Assembly (NCBI GenBank): GCA_002269645.1
Contig: NIVC01001752.1
Location: forward strand, 1 to 64,000
Reading direction: 5' to 3'
Length of the DNA: 64,000 bases
Origin: Macrostomum lignano
Taxonomy: Eukaryota
Within the stretch, counting starts at the first letter, position 1, and the number at the start of each line of letters is the position of its first letter. The position numbers and the translations under genes are program-made. Of this stretch, positions 49,410-61,540 are shown in pieces. The notes beneath the pieces were generated by a model. That model saw only the letters and a list, made by a program, of their open reading frames with translations. It ran no database searches and was not told the origin of the DNA.

Positions 49410-50235
49410 AGAACCTCGCTTATCCACGCCATGCTCGATAATGAATGCGAGCCGTGCTCATCAGTCAGGGGCTCGGCATTCGAGTCGCTAATCACCTGGG
49501 GAGAAAATCAGGGAGGCGGGCGCGCGGACCTCCCCCTCCGCGTGCTCGCCTCCCGAAATCCCCAGATGAATTTGCCGCTCCGTTTTTTGAAAAATTAATC
49601 TACTCTTGGCCTCCGCGGTGGGGAAGAGACTGAAGGCAGCCGAGGGGATTAAGGAATTAAACTAGCAATTAGTAATTGTGATTTTGTCTACAGATTACAC
49701 AACTATTCAATTTTTGGTTATTAATTTCAAAGGCCGCATTTCAACTAAACTAAAATTAATATTTCATTATTACAATTACTGGGGTTTTCCCTGGTAAAGG
49801 CCAAAAAATTCCTACGGAGTGACAATTCCCCATGGTCGTATAGCTGAAAGGGGACAGGGGGGGGGGGGAGCAGATATTCTGAAACAAGAAAACTTACTTT
49901 AAAGGCTACAGGAGGGTCCGGGTCTGGAGGATGCGGCCTTGGCTCGCTTATTGGCAAAACACTTTCATGCCTTCAGCGCGGGGGACCCGAAATGCCCCCC
50001 ACCATGACTTGACTTGATGGGAATCTGCGGTGCGCCATCCATCTGCTGCTGCCGTCACTGCACTTGTGGCCTTCGGCCGCTCTGTTTAGCCCGCTTTAAG
50101 AAGCAGAAAAAAGAGCAAGACTGATGAGGCATAGTGAAGATTACCTGGGAAGTTAATTAGGAAGCTGAATGCTTTTGTGTCAACTGCCGCGCTGTCGGGA
50201 GGGGATTGAGTCTCGACTACTATCCTGAAAAATAA

Positions 50236-50459
<224 letters not shown>

Positions 50460-51171
50460 CTCTGAGGTGGGTCTCCACGAGATTATACATTTAGTCCGCC
50501 AAGCTCCCGCAAATTCCAAATAATGGAATTTCACAGCCCCAAGCAGGAAGAGCCAGGATTGCAAGCAGCAGCCAGAATGCGCATTCGAAGCCCCCTGGGG
50601 GCAGGTGACAGATCAAGATTGGTTGCGAAGTGGCACCCTGGGGTGACGGGCAAACAGCTGCCCCCATTGTGAGGCGGGGAGGCCGCCACACCCACCGCCC
50701 TCACTTGAGCTGCTCAGCTCTCAGGCAGAATTCAATTATGACCACTGCTCACCTTTATCTACTCGGCTCTTCACTTTACAATTTAAGTCCCTAATCACTC
50801 TGCAACTATTCCCCCCTAAAGGCTTGTTTTATAGTTGCTAAGCTGTTGAAAATAATTTTGCCACTTTTAATGTGTTGAGTTCTGACGCATTTTTACACTT
50901 TTATTATATGGCTTATACTTAGCCGGCAGATGCAAAAGTGATAATGGGCCAGACCTCTGATTTATCTATCTATCTATGTATGTATCTTGTATCTTGTATC
51001 TGGTATCTTGATGGATGTCAGAGTAGATTTATTTGATAATCATCTGTCTAAAAATGACAACTCTCACTAAGGACTTGGTTATTTTTTAATCTCGAATATA
51101 AATTGTAGTACACATTTAAGGACCTCTTGTGTCTTTGAATTGGGGCCATTTAACCAAAAACAATTTGGTCA

Positions 51172-51552
51172 GATTTAGCGCCACTAGGTCAGGTTTGGCG
51201 CCACTGGGTCAGATTTGGCGCCACTATGTCAGATTTGGTGCCACTGGGTCAGATTTGGCGCCACTATGTCAGATTTGGCGTCACTGGGTCAGATTTTGGC
51301 GACACTAGGTCAGATTTGGCGCCACTAGGTCAGATTTGGCACTACTCAGAGTCAGATTTGGCGCCACTAGGTCAGATTTAGCGCCACTAGGTCAGATTTG
51401 ACGTCACTAGGTCAGATTTGACGTCACTAGGTCAGATTTGACGTCACTAGGTCAGATTTGACGTCACTAGGTCAGATTTGGCACTACTCAGAGTCAGATT
51501 TGGCGCCACTAGGTCAGATTTGGCACTACTCAGAGTCAGATTCGGCGCCATA
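51172..51552 (+). repeat. ~20 bp GGCGCC-core minisatellite (GGTCAGATTTGGCGCCACTA)
   Basis: Tandem units. Confidence 0.92.
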
Positions 51553-51780
51553 AAGTAAAATTTCGAAGCCATTGAAATAGTTTAGTCGCCGTTAAACCGG
51601 CGCCACTAAATCAATTTGTATAAGCATTGGATTCGACTCAAATCTGATGCAGCAATCGATAGGAGAGAGATATTAAAACTGCTCACTTTGCGGCCAATAC
51701 AGCTAGCCAGTTCATCCAGTTAACTTTCTCTTCATATCTTTGAGTCAGAGAGATTTCCAGTTTAATGCGGCCGCCAGCGC

Positions 51781-51982
51781 TATATAAGGGGGAAGATGGG
51801 GTCATAAAAATCTGAGCTGTAGCGCTAGAAAAATATCCCTTCGAGGGTGATGGTGAGGTGTGTGGGGATGGTGTGGGGATTCCACAGTTTATGACCCCCA
51901 TCTCCAGCGCCACACGCAACGGCCTTTTTCGACCCCCCCCCAAGGCGGCCGGCCAACCCATCCGTCCGTGCAGAGGGTGAGT
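51781..51982 (+). promoter_or_regulatory. Candidate TATA box (TATATAAG, 51781) and 5'-UTR exon ending at donor AGG|GTGAGT (51977) for the protocadherin
   Basis: Motif matches only. Would splice to the strong acceptor at 53370. Confidence 0.25.
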
Positions 51983-53375
51983 AAGGAAGGAACTGCAGCC
52001 ATAAGACGGGGGGTCACTTCCCGTTTCCCCTAAAAAGAAGAAAAGCCGGCCGCAGATAAAAGCAGAAAAGAGCTTCCTAGGGATTGTTCAAAATAAGTTT
52101 TCTAAGATTAAAACCAACTTCATTAATATAGGGACAATAATTATGAGAAGCTCTGATGCGTCTACTGAGAAAAAAATTATTAGGACCATCAGGCGGCCAT
52201 CTTTGCGAATGACTAACTGAAAAGAATAATTTTGAGCTCAGTGGTGACTCATCGATGCGATGAAAATATTGGCGATGGGTGAAAAAAAGTGATGATTTTT
52301 TTTGTCGACCCACCTGTTGTAAAAATGTTTGAATAACTGTAAATTGAATATACATTTTTATGCGATTAATTAATAAATAATCCGCGTATTGTCCACCGAT
52401 CGATACATTGTTGCAATTATCATTGTTGCTTTCCAATGATCAGTAGATAATCATTTTAACTGCTGGCCTATGAGCACAGGCAGCACAAGCTGAAACGGCG
52501 GCTGCCACTAGATTAATGTATGAATATTTTATCCTTTCAGGGTCATCACGCTTGTAGCGGCTTGTGTTTGGGAATTGGGGAGTTGAGTTGCGTGATGAGG
52601 TGCAGAGGAATCTGTAAGGGGGGGGGCGGCTTCTCAAATCCGCTATAAACCCGCGCGTTCACACACCAAACGTGCACTTGTGAGCTATAGGAACTGCGAA
52701 CTAAAGGCTCTGCTTCAGATCTCCCAGATATCACGCCATCCTCTTGTACTTAATCTGTATTGCTTGAGCCTGAGTCAATATTTAACTGCTCACAAATTGT
52801 ACTAACATAATAATCTTGAGTACAAGTTGTTCCACTACAGAAAGGAGAGAATAGCAGTTGTCTCGAACACTTTATGTTTATCTTCTAGGCGCTGCAATTC
52901 TTTCCTGACTCTTCCAGGGTAACAAAAATTATTTTTTCCCTGTTCGAGAACTATGGAATGATGAATATTTTAAAAGCATTGTCATGGATACCCCATCCCT
53001 GCCTCCCCGTCTGACTGTCGCCTGTCTTTAAAAAAAGAGAAAATTTCTCCAAAAAAAGAAAAAGTCGCCAGAGAAAAGCTTGAATGAATGTAGCAGACAG
53101 ACAACAGCAACGCTCTCAAGCGCCGAGAGACAGAGAGATTAAGTCTGACTGCTTCTCCGCCATTGGCTCCAAGGCCTGGTCCAATGAGAGGGTCCTCAAG
53201 CAAAGCTGGCACAAGCAGGGACTAATGGTGGGAGGCCCAACCAACCCGCGAAGGAGGCGAACGGACTGTGGAAATCCTTTCCAGAAGAAATAGCCAAGCG
53301 ACACACCAAGCTTCGTTTGTAGTCTGCCGCCCCTTCTGAGTGTCCCGACTTTCTGCTTTTTTCTCTTTAGTTAAG

Positions 53376-53393
53376 ATGTTTGAAAATTGCTAG
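53376..53393 (+). other. Short upstream ORF (MFENC*) in the protocadherin leader
   Basis: ATG TTT GAA AAT TGC TAG lies between the acceptor (AG 53369-53370) and the main ATG at 53416. Confidence 0.5.
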
Positions 53394-53415
53394 CAGATTT
53401 TACTCCTCACAAAGC

Positions 53416-56163
53416 ATGCGGATCGTACGAATCTTGAGTCTTCTGCAACTGCTGACTACGGCCGCCTTCGCCGCCATCGAGATGCCTCTGGGAGCTGACG
53501 ATGTCAACTTCAACACCAAGGTGGGAAATCTGGCTCGCCAGGATCGAACGCTGCCAGCGCCTGAGTCCGAGTCCGGTCAGTACGACAGCGTCCGGCTCAT
53601 CCCGCTGAACAGCAGGCTGGCCGGCTACTTCACCATCGATCGTCAGACCACCGTGTCGGCGATGCGCGACATCGACCGCGACGAGATTTGCTCTCTGGCC
53701 GCCTGCTGCGAGACCATCGACTGTCGGCTTGACTACACCGTGTCCATCACCGTGCGAGCCGGCTTCCCCGTGACCAGATCCCTCAGCCTGATCCTGGTTG
53801 ACGAGAACGATCAGAAACCAATCTTCCCCAATCTGGAGCCAATCGACATCGCAGAGGACGCGCCAGTCGGCCTGACTAATATCCGCCTGGCCTCGGCCAC
53901 CGACAAGGACTCGCCGCCGAATCGGGTGAAAAATTACAGCATGACCGACCCAAGCGGCACGTTCGATGTCTTCATCCGGGACGGAGTGGTGCCGTACCTC
54001 AAGCTGCTGGTACCGCTGGACCGGGAGCGCGTGCCCCAGTACCAAGTGACGCTCCGAGCTACAGACGGTGCGCACGAGAGCTCCGTTGTGGTGACAATCC
54101 GCGTCACGGATGTCAACGACAATTCCCCCGTGTTCGTTAGAGATCTGGTGACAACCAGTTTTTCCGAGAACGAAAAAGTTGGCGCGCAAATCACCCCCCT
54201 GTCGGCGAACGACGTCGATACGGGACCGAACGCCAACCTGACCTACAGTATCGAATCAGTGACGCCCGCAGCTCTCGCCAGCCACTTCAGCGTGGGTATC
54301 AAGGACGGTCAGTCGAAACTGTTGCTAGCTAAGAGCTTAGATTATGAGCAACCGGAGCAGCGTTCGGCTAAAATCCTGGTTGTCGCCCGGGATCAGGGCA
54401 CTCCGCCGAGGTCTTCCACCTTGACAATCCAAGTCAGCGTCACAGACTATAACGACAACGATCCAGTGATCAAGGAGCTCAGCAGCCATGTCCTGGAGGA
54501 GCACATGCCGGCGGGCCAGCTGGTGAAAACCCTACTGGTCACTGACGCCGATAAAATTTCCATCGGGCTGGTGATCTGCAAGATCGATTCTTCCAATCCA
54601 CGCTTCCGGCTGCAACTCGGCAGCGCCTCCACCACCCTGGATTCGATGGAGCGGCTGATTTACAACATGACAACGGCTTCATCATTCGACTACGAGGTCA
54701 TGCAGGTGGAGACCGTCAAGATCAAGTGTGTTGACAACGCCTCGCCGGGTCGACACGCGTCTCGAACCTACGAAATTCCAATCAACGAGACCAACGACTT
54801 CGCACCGATCTTTGACAAGAGAAATTACCACGCCGCCGTTTACGAAGATCTCGCCGAAGGCCTCTCAGTCCTGCCCATGCCGGTGCTGGCTACCGATAAG
54901 GACAGGGGCACCTACGGCGTGGTGCTCTATGAACTGGATGCCGAAGGGCAGAAGAACTTCAGCATTCGTGAGTCCAGCGGAATTGTTGAAGTTCGCGGCC
55001 GACTGGACAGGGAAACAGCCACGCATCTGAGCTTCAAGGTGATAGCGAAGAACTACGACGGGCCAAAAGGTGTTCTAAGCGACACGGCCAAGGTGGTAAT
55101 CGAACTTCTGGACGTGAACGACAACAAGCCGCAGTACCTAGGACCTCCAGGCTTCTCTGTTGTCGAGAACTCGCCCCCGGGAACCCTGGTGGGCCGCGTA
55201 CAGTTCCAAGACGACGACGCTGGAGAGAACGGCACCGTTCGCTTCCAGATCAGCGGATCCGAGAACGACAATGTCGCCAACGAGTACCTGCGGCTTGACG
55301 AGGCCGGCAACATCACCGTGCAGAAGAAGATCGACCGCGAGATCCACAGCAGATTCTTCCTGTCCATCAGAGCCAACGACCTTGGCCGGCAGGTCACCCA
55401 AACCACTGTAGTTCAGCTGGATATCGAAGTGCAGGACGTCAACGACTGTCACCCGGTGATCCGCGAGCCCAGGCCGAGCGCCCTGGTCGGCGTAAATCCC
55501 GTCGTTTACACCGATCTGCCGCGCAAATCCATGCTGGTGCTGGTGCTGGCCGAGGACAAGGACCGGGGCGAGAACGGGACCCTGACCTACCGCCTGGGTC
55601 CTGGCAACGCCACCGACCTGCTGGGCATTGACGCCGACAAAGGCGAGCTGCACTCGCTGTGGGACCCTCAGTTGCAGCCGCCGCCGCCCGGAATCTACTC
55701 CGTCACGGTCATCGTGTCGGACCGCGGCACGCCCGAACTGTTGGAGGATCGCGTCGCCTTCTACCTGAAGCTCACCGCGCCTCGCGGGCAACTGTACCGG
55801 TTCGGCTCCGCGGGACTCAGCGGCCTCATTATCTTGGTGGTGATCATTGCCGGCACAGTCATCATCGCTGTTGGATTGATCGCCGCGATCTGCTACGTCC
55901 GCGGACGCTCTGGACTGTCCGCATTTGGCAACGACCCGGCCGACAGCGAGGCGCGGGTCAAGATGACGGACGAGGACGGCGGTTGCGGCGGCTACCGTGA
56001 CAGTCCACGGATCTACGGGAGCCAGCAACAGCAGCAGCTCCTGCTGCAGCAGCAACAGCAGCATCAGCAGCAGATGCACCAGCAGCATCAGCAGCAGTTC
56101 TACACCTGGCAGAGATCGGGATCTCCTATGGGCAGCTTGATGAAGGAAGACTGCAACAGCCAG
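53416..56163 (+). CDS. Protocadherin (delta-like; 7 cadherin repeats, TM helix, polyQ cytoplasmic segment), large coding exon
   Basis: Signal peptide MRIVRILSLLQLLTTAAFA. Six DxND/NxxP linkers (DENDQKP, DVNDNSP, DYNDNDP, ETNDFAP, DVNDNKP, DVNDCHP) plus a 7th repeat. LDRE/DxD motifs, Cys-containing EC1 (IDRDEIC..CC....C), TM IILVVIIAGTVIIAVGLIAAICYV. Donor CAG|GTAAGA at 56164 (phase 0). The C-terminus continues in later exon(s). Confidence 0.95.
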
Positions 56164-56231
56164 GTAAGATGAGCCTGCGGTGCTTTTTTAGTATAAATTT
56201 TGGTAGTTCAATGAGTAGATTGATGGATAGC

Positions 56232-57055
56232 TGGAGGCGCCTAGCAGACATCAGGGGCGCCAATCAGACATCAGGGGCGCCAAGCAGACACCAGGGGCGC
56301 CAAGCAGACACCAGGGGCGCCAATCAGACATCAGGGGCGCCAAGGCCAATCAGACACCAAGGGCGCCAAAACAGACACCAAGGGCGCCAAAACAGACACC
56401 AAGGGCGCCAATCAGACACCAGGGGCGCCAAGCAGACACCAGGGGCGCCAATCAGACATCAGGGGCGCCAAGGCCAATCAGACACCAAGGGCGCCAAAAC
56501 AGACACCAAGGGCGCCAATCAGACACCAAGGGCGCCAATCAGACACCAAGGGCGCCAATCAGACACCAAGGGCGCCAATCAGACACCAGGGGCGCCAATC
56601 AGACACCAGGGGTGCCAATTAGACATCAGGAGCGCCAAGGCCAATCAGACACCAAGGGCGCCAAAACAGACACCAAGGGCGCCAATCAGACACCAGGGGC
56701 GCCAATCAGACACCAGGGGTGCCAAGCAGACACCAGGGGCGCCAATTAGAAATCAGGGGCGCCAAGGCCAATCAGACACCAAGGGCACCAAAACAGACAT
56801 CAGGGGCGCCAAGGCCAATCAGACACCAAGGGCGCCAAAACAGACACCAAGGGCGCCAATCAGACACCAGGGGCGCCAATCAGACACCAGGGGCGCCAAT
56901 CAGACATCAGGGCGCCAAGCAGACACCAGGGGTGCCAAGCAGACACCAGGGGCGCCTAAACAGACACCAGGGGCGCCAAAAAGACACCAGGGGCGCCAAA
57001 ACAGACAGCATGGGCGGCAAAACAGACACCAGGGGCGCCAATCAGACATCCAGAC
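56232..57055 (+). repeat. ~20 bp GGCGCC-core minisatellite (CAGACACCAGGGGCGCCAAT)
   Basis: Tandem units starting ~70 nt into the protocadherin intron. Confidence 0.94.
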
Positions 57056-57477
57056 ATCAAGACCCTCAAAAACCTCATCAAGACCTCAACAGGTGCCAAC
57101 TAGACGATACAATACATACCAAATTGTGCAACCGCAATGCAACATGTAGTTATGCATTAGGCCACTAAGAACATTTAAAATAGTTAGGACTTTATACTGT
57201 ACTGCATGAAGCATCAAACAGACTTAGCAAATAAAAGGTCTTGAGAAACCATGACAGACACACGAAAATAGGTTAGGCGTTTGGGTACACATTCGTAGCG
57301 GGTCGCTGTGTGTGCTATGACACTTCTCCGTTTGCATTGCACTAGCTCTATAGTTTCTTGTTTGAACTATTACATATTGAATGCTAAACATAAATTCCTG
57401 GGAAATTCGTTTTGGTTTAGTTTGCGGGGAAAGTTTTTCTCAGCTGTGGCATAGACAGGGTTGTTTTACATCGGGAA

Positions 57478-57900
57478 GGCGCTATTTCATCCAAGGGGAC
57501 GCTATTTCATCTAAGGGGCGCCATTTTATCTAAGGGGCGCCATTTCGTCTAAGGGGCGCCATTTCATCTAAGGGGCGCCATTTCATCTAAGGGGCGCCAT
57601 TTTATCTAAGGGGCGCCATTTCATCTAAGTGGGCGCCATTTCATCTAAGGGGCGCCATTGCATCTAAGGGGGCGCCATTTCATCTAAGGGGGCGCCATTT
57701 CATCTAAGGGGGCGCCATTTCATCTAAGGGGGCGCCATTTCATCTAAGGGGACGCCATTTCATCTAAGGGGGCGCCATTTTATCTAAGGGGGCGCCATTT
57801 TATCTAAGGGCGCCATTTCATCTAAGGGGTGCCATTTTATTTAAGTGGGCGCCATTTCATCTAAGGGGCGCCATTTTATCTAAGTGGGCGCCATTTCATT
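57478..57900 (+). repeat. 19-20 bp GGCGCC-core minisatellite (AAGGGGCGCCATTTCATCT)
   Basis: Tandem units. Confidence 0.94.
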
Positions 57901-58012
57901 TAAAGTGCCGTTAACCCTAGCTGAGCATAAGTATAAAATTTTTCAACTCAGCCCCAGCGCCCAAGCGCATCTTCATCTCTGGGGCTCTGCTTGTTTCCTT
58001 CATCCTTTTCAG

Positions 58013-58096
58013 CCTGTCGGAAGCCGCTGCCTCTTCAGGGAAAGTGCAGGAAATTGCTGCTGTCACGGCAGTTTTGTTTTAATGCAGCGCCAGTGA
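58013..58096 (+). CDS. Possible short terminal exon of the protocadherin (PVGSRCLFRESAGNCCCHGSFVLMQRQ*)
   Basis: Good polypyrimidine tract plus TTTTCAG ending at 58012, and the phase-0 join is open. No recognisable homology, so weak. Confidence 0.2.
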   Translation, partial: PVGSRCLFRESAGNCCCHGSFVLMQRQ

Positions 58097-58537
58097 AAAG
58101 GACCGCCTTTTCTACTAGAGCTATGTCAGGGACCTCTAGGGGAGATTTGGACTGGTAGCTAACGACAGGCAGTCCTACTAATTGAATCCAGAGGTCCATG
58201 ACAGTAGGCCTGAACAAACTGGGAACTGAAATGTTTGACTAAAAAAATTTAGAAAAATAGAATGTGCGAAGGATGATGAGAGAGGAACTTGGAGGCGGGT
58301 ACGAGACTACAGATTCTGAGTCTGTGTGCTCTATAATAACAAAAAAGTTGCTCAGTCTGCTTTGGCTGAAGAAAAGTATTCACTAGCAAGCATAACTGCG
58401 CTGGGATCGAATTTCAAGCAGACATTCTTTTATTATGCCTTTCACTGTCTTATCGCTATTGACTACAGATGTGCCATTGGGCTCGCATTTTGTTGAATTC
58501 AAAATGCGGGAAATTGGAGATACACAGAAGGAAGCGG

Positions 58538-60378
58538 AAAAGGAGAGAGAGGGGGAAGGGGAGGAGAAGAAGGAGAGAGAGAGAGAGAGGGAGAGGGAGA
58601 GGGAGAGGGAGATGGAGAGGGAGAGGGAGATGGAGATGGAGAGGGAGATGGAGAGGGAGAGGGAGAGTGAGGGAGAGGGAGAGGGAGAGGGAGAGGGAGA
58701 TGGAGAGGGAGAGGGAAAAGGAGATGAAGAGGGAGAGTGAGGGAGAGGGAGAGGGAGAGGGAGAGGGAGATGGAGAGGGAGATGGAGAGGGAGAGGGAGA
58801 GAGAGAGTGAGAGAGAGGGAGAGGGAGAGGGAGATGGAGATGGAGAGGAAGAGGGAGAGGGAGAGGGAAAGGGAGATGAAAAGGGAGAGTGAGGGAGAGG
58901 GAGAGGGAGAGGGAGAGGGAGAGGGAGATGGAGAGGGAGAGGGAGAGAGAGAGTGAGAGAGAGGGAGAGGGAGATGGAGATGGAGAGGGAGAGGGAGAGG
59001 GAGAGGGAAAGGGAGATGAAAAGGGAGAGTGAGGGAGAGGAGAGGGAGAGGGAGAGGGAGATGGAGAGGGAGAGGGAGAGGGAGATGGAGAGGGAGAGGG
59101 AGAGTGAGGGAGAGGGAGAGGTAGAGGGAGAGGGAGAGGGAGAGGGAGAGGGAGAGGGAGAGTGAGAGGGAGAGGGAGATGGAGAGGGAGAGGGAGAGGG
59201 AGAGGGAGAGTGAGGGAGAGGGAGAGGGAGAGGTAGAGGGAGAGGGAGAGGGAGAGGGAGAGTGAGGGAGAGGGAGAGGGAGAGGGAGAGGGAGAGGGAG
59301 AGGGAGAGGGAGAGGGAGAGGGAGAGGGAGAGGGAGAGGGAGAGGGAGAGGGAGAGGGAGAGGGAGAGGGAGAGGGAGAGGGAGAGGGAGAGGGAGAGGA
59401 GAGGGAGAGGGAGAGGGAGAGGGAGAGGAGAGTGAGGGAGAGGGAGAGGTAGAGGGAGAGGGAGAGGGAGAGGGAGAGGGAGAGTGAGAGGGAGAGGGAG
59501 ATGGAGAGGGAGAGGGAGAGGGAGAGGGAGAGTGAGGGAGAGGGAGAGGGAGAGGTAGAGGGAGAGGGAGAGGGAGAGGGAGAGTGAGGGAGAGGGAGAG
59601 GGAGAGGGAGAGGGAGAGGGAGAGGGAGAGGGAGAGGGAGAGGGAGAGGGAGAGGGAGAGGGAGAGGGAGAGGGAGAGTGAGGGAGAGGGAGAGGGAGAG
59701 GTAGAGGGAGAGGGAGAGGGAGAGGGAGAGTGAGGGAGAGGGAGAGGGAGAGGGAGAGGGAGAGGGAGAGGGAGAGGGAGAGGGAGAGGGAGAGGGAGAG
59801 GGAGAGGGAGAGGGAGAGGGAGAGGGAGAGGGAGAGGGAGAGGGAGAGGGAGAGTGAGGGAGATGTAGAGGGAGATGGAGAGGGAGATGGAGAGGGAGAG
59901 GGAGAGGGAGAGGGAGAGTGAGGGAGAGGGAGAGGGAGAGGGAGATGGAGAGGGAGATGGAGAGGGAGAGGGAGATGGAGAGGGAGAGGGAGATGGAGAG
60001 GGAGAGGGAGAGGGAGAGGGAGAGTGAGGGAGAGGGAGAGGGAGAGGTAGAGGGAGAGGGAGAGGGAGAGGGAGAGTGAGGGAGAGGGAGAGGGAGAGGG
60101 AGAGGGAGAGGGAGAGGGAGAGGGAGAGGGAGAGGGAGAGGGAGAGGGAGAGGGAGAGGGAGAGGGAGAGGGAGAGGGAGAGGGAGAGGGAGAGGGAGAG
60201 GGAGAGTGAGGGAGATGGAGAGGGAGATGGAGAAGGAGATGGAGAGGGAGTGGGAGAGGGAGAGGGAGAGTGAGGGAGAGGGAGAGGGAGAGGGAGATGG
60301 AGAGGGAGATGGAGAGGGAGAGGGAGATGTAGAGGGAGAGGGAGAGGGAGATAGCGAGGGAGATTGAGAGGGAGAGTG
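58538..60378 (+). repeat. (GAGAGG/GATGGA)n hexamer polypurine tract, ~1.8 kb
   Basis: Hexamer run; inverted relative of 42428-44040. Confidence 0.97.
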
Positions 60379-60939
60379 GGCGGACACTGCCTCTCTGAAG
60401 CTGTATTAATTTGAATCGTACCCTCGTAATTTAACCTTAATATTAAAAAAACGTTTTTAAAAACTGAAAAACTTTTAAGCCATCCTGACGGGCTAGGAGC
60501 TCCCGAACTCTAAAACCCACCGATATGTAACGAAAACTATTCTGACTCGAGCCAGTGCGAGACACAAGACCGACCCCTGCCGTAGGTTGTGAAAATCAAG
60601 AAGTGAAAAAATCACAGTTGAATTATGTTTCTTCAATTAATTTCAGCTATTTCGAATTGAAAATCGTGGACTGTCCCAATTATAATTCCATTCCTCAGGT
60701 TTTGCGAGCTCTCTGAATGCTTATTCACCAACTTTTCAATATGCTGCGAGTGGTTGATTCGATTTCTGGGAGCAACTTTTTTTGAGCTTCGAATTAGGCG
60801 GTAATATAATATTTGCATGGCAACCGAACCCTCGGGGGCTTAAATAAGAGTTGTTTCGAGGCGAAAAGCTACTTATTTAGCATCAGAGTTCTACTACCGT
60901 GACCTCAGATCTTTGAGATCCCTGGGTGAGCTTATACTG

Positions 60940-61540
60940 CTCATAGTACAGTCGTAGTACAGTCACAGATACTTCTCATAGCACAGTCGTAGATGCTGCT
61001 CATAGCACAGTCATAGACACTGCTCATAGCACAGTCATAGACACTGCTCATAGCACAGTCATAGATACTGCTCATAGCACAGTCATAGATACTGCTCATA
61101 GCACAGTCATAGATACTGCTCATAGCACAGTCATAGATACTTCTCATAGCACAGTCATAGATACTGCTCATAGCACAGTCATAGATACTGCTCATAGCAC
61201 AGTCATAGATACTGCTCATAGCACAGTCATAGACACTGCTCATAGCACAGTAATAGACACTGCTCATAGCACAGTCATAGACACTGCTCATAGCACAGTC
61301 ATAGACACTGCTCATAGCACAGTCATAGACACTGCTCATAGCACAGTAATAGACACTGCTCATAGCACAGTCATAGATACTGCTTATAGCACAATCGTAG
61401 ATACTGCTCATAGCACAGTCATAGACACTGCTCATAGCACAGTCATAAATACTGCTCATAGCACAGTCACAGATACTGCTTATAGCACAGTCATAGATAC
61501 TGCTCATAGCACAGTAATAGACACTGCTCATAGCACAGTC
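60940..61540 (+). repeat. 24 bp minisatellite (CTCATAGCACAGTCATAGATACTG), block 1
   Basis: Tandem units; same family and orientation as 63625-64000. Confidence 0.95.

Noticed and set aside
49420-49478. Hammerhead ribozyme (minus-strand CTGATGAG with a stem; also CTGATGA at 50121)
   Set aside because: No GAAA after stem II and no convincing stems I/III or cleavage triplet.
53407-56088. Antisense and alternate-frame ORFs over the protocadherin (and inside the RIO2 and transposase exons)
   Set aside because: Expected shadows of GC-rich coding sequence; no recognisable motifs.
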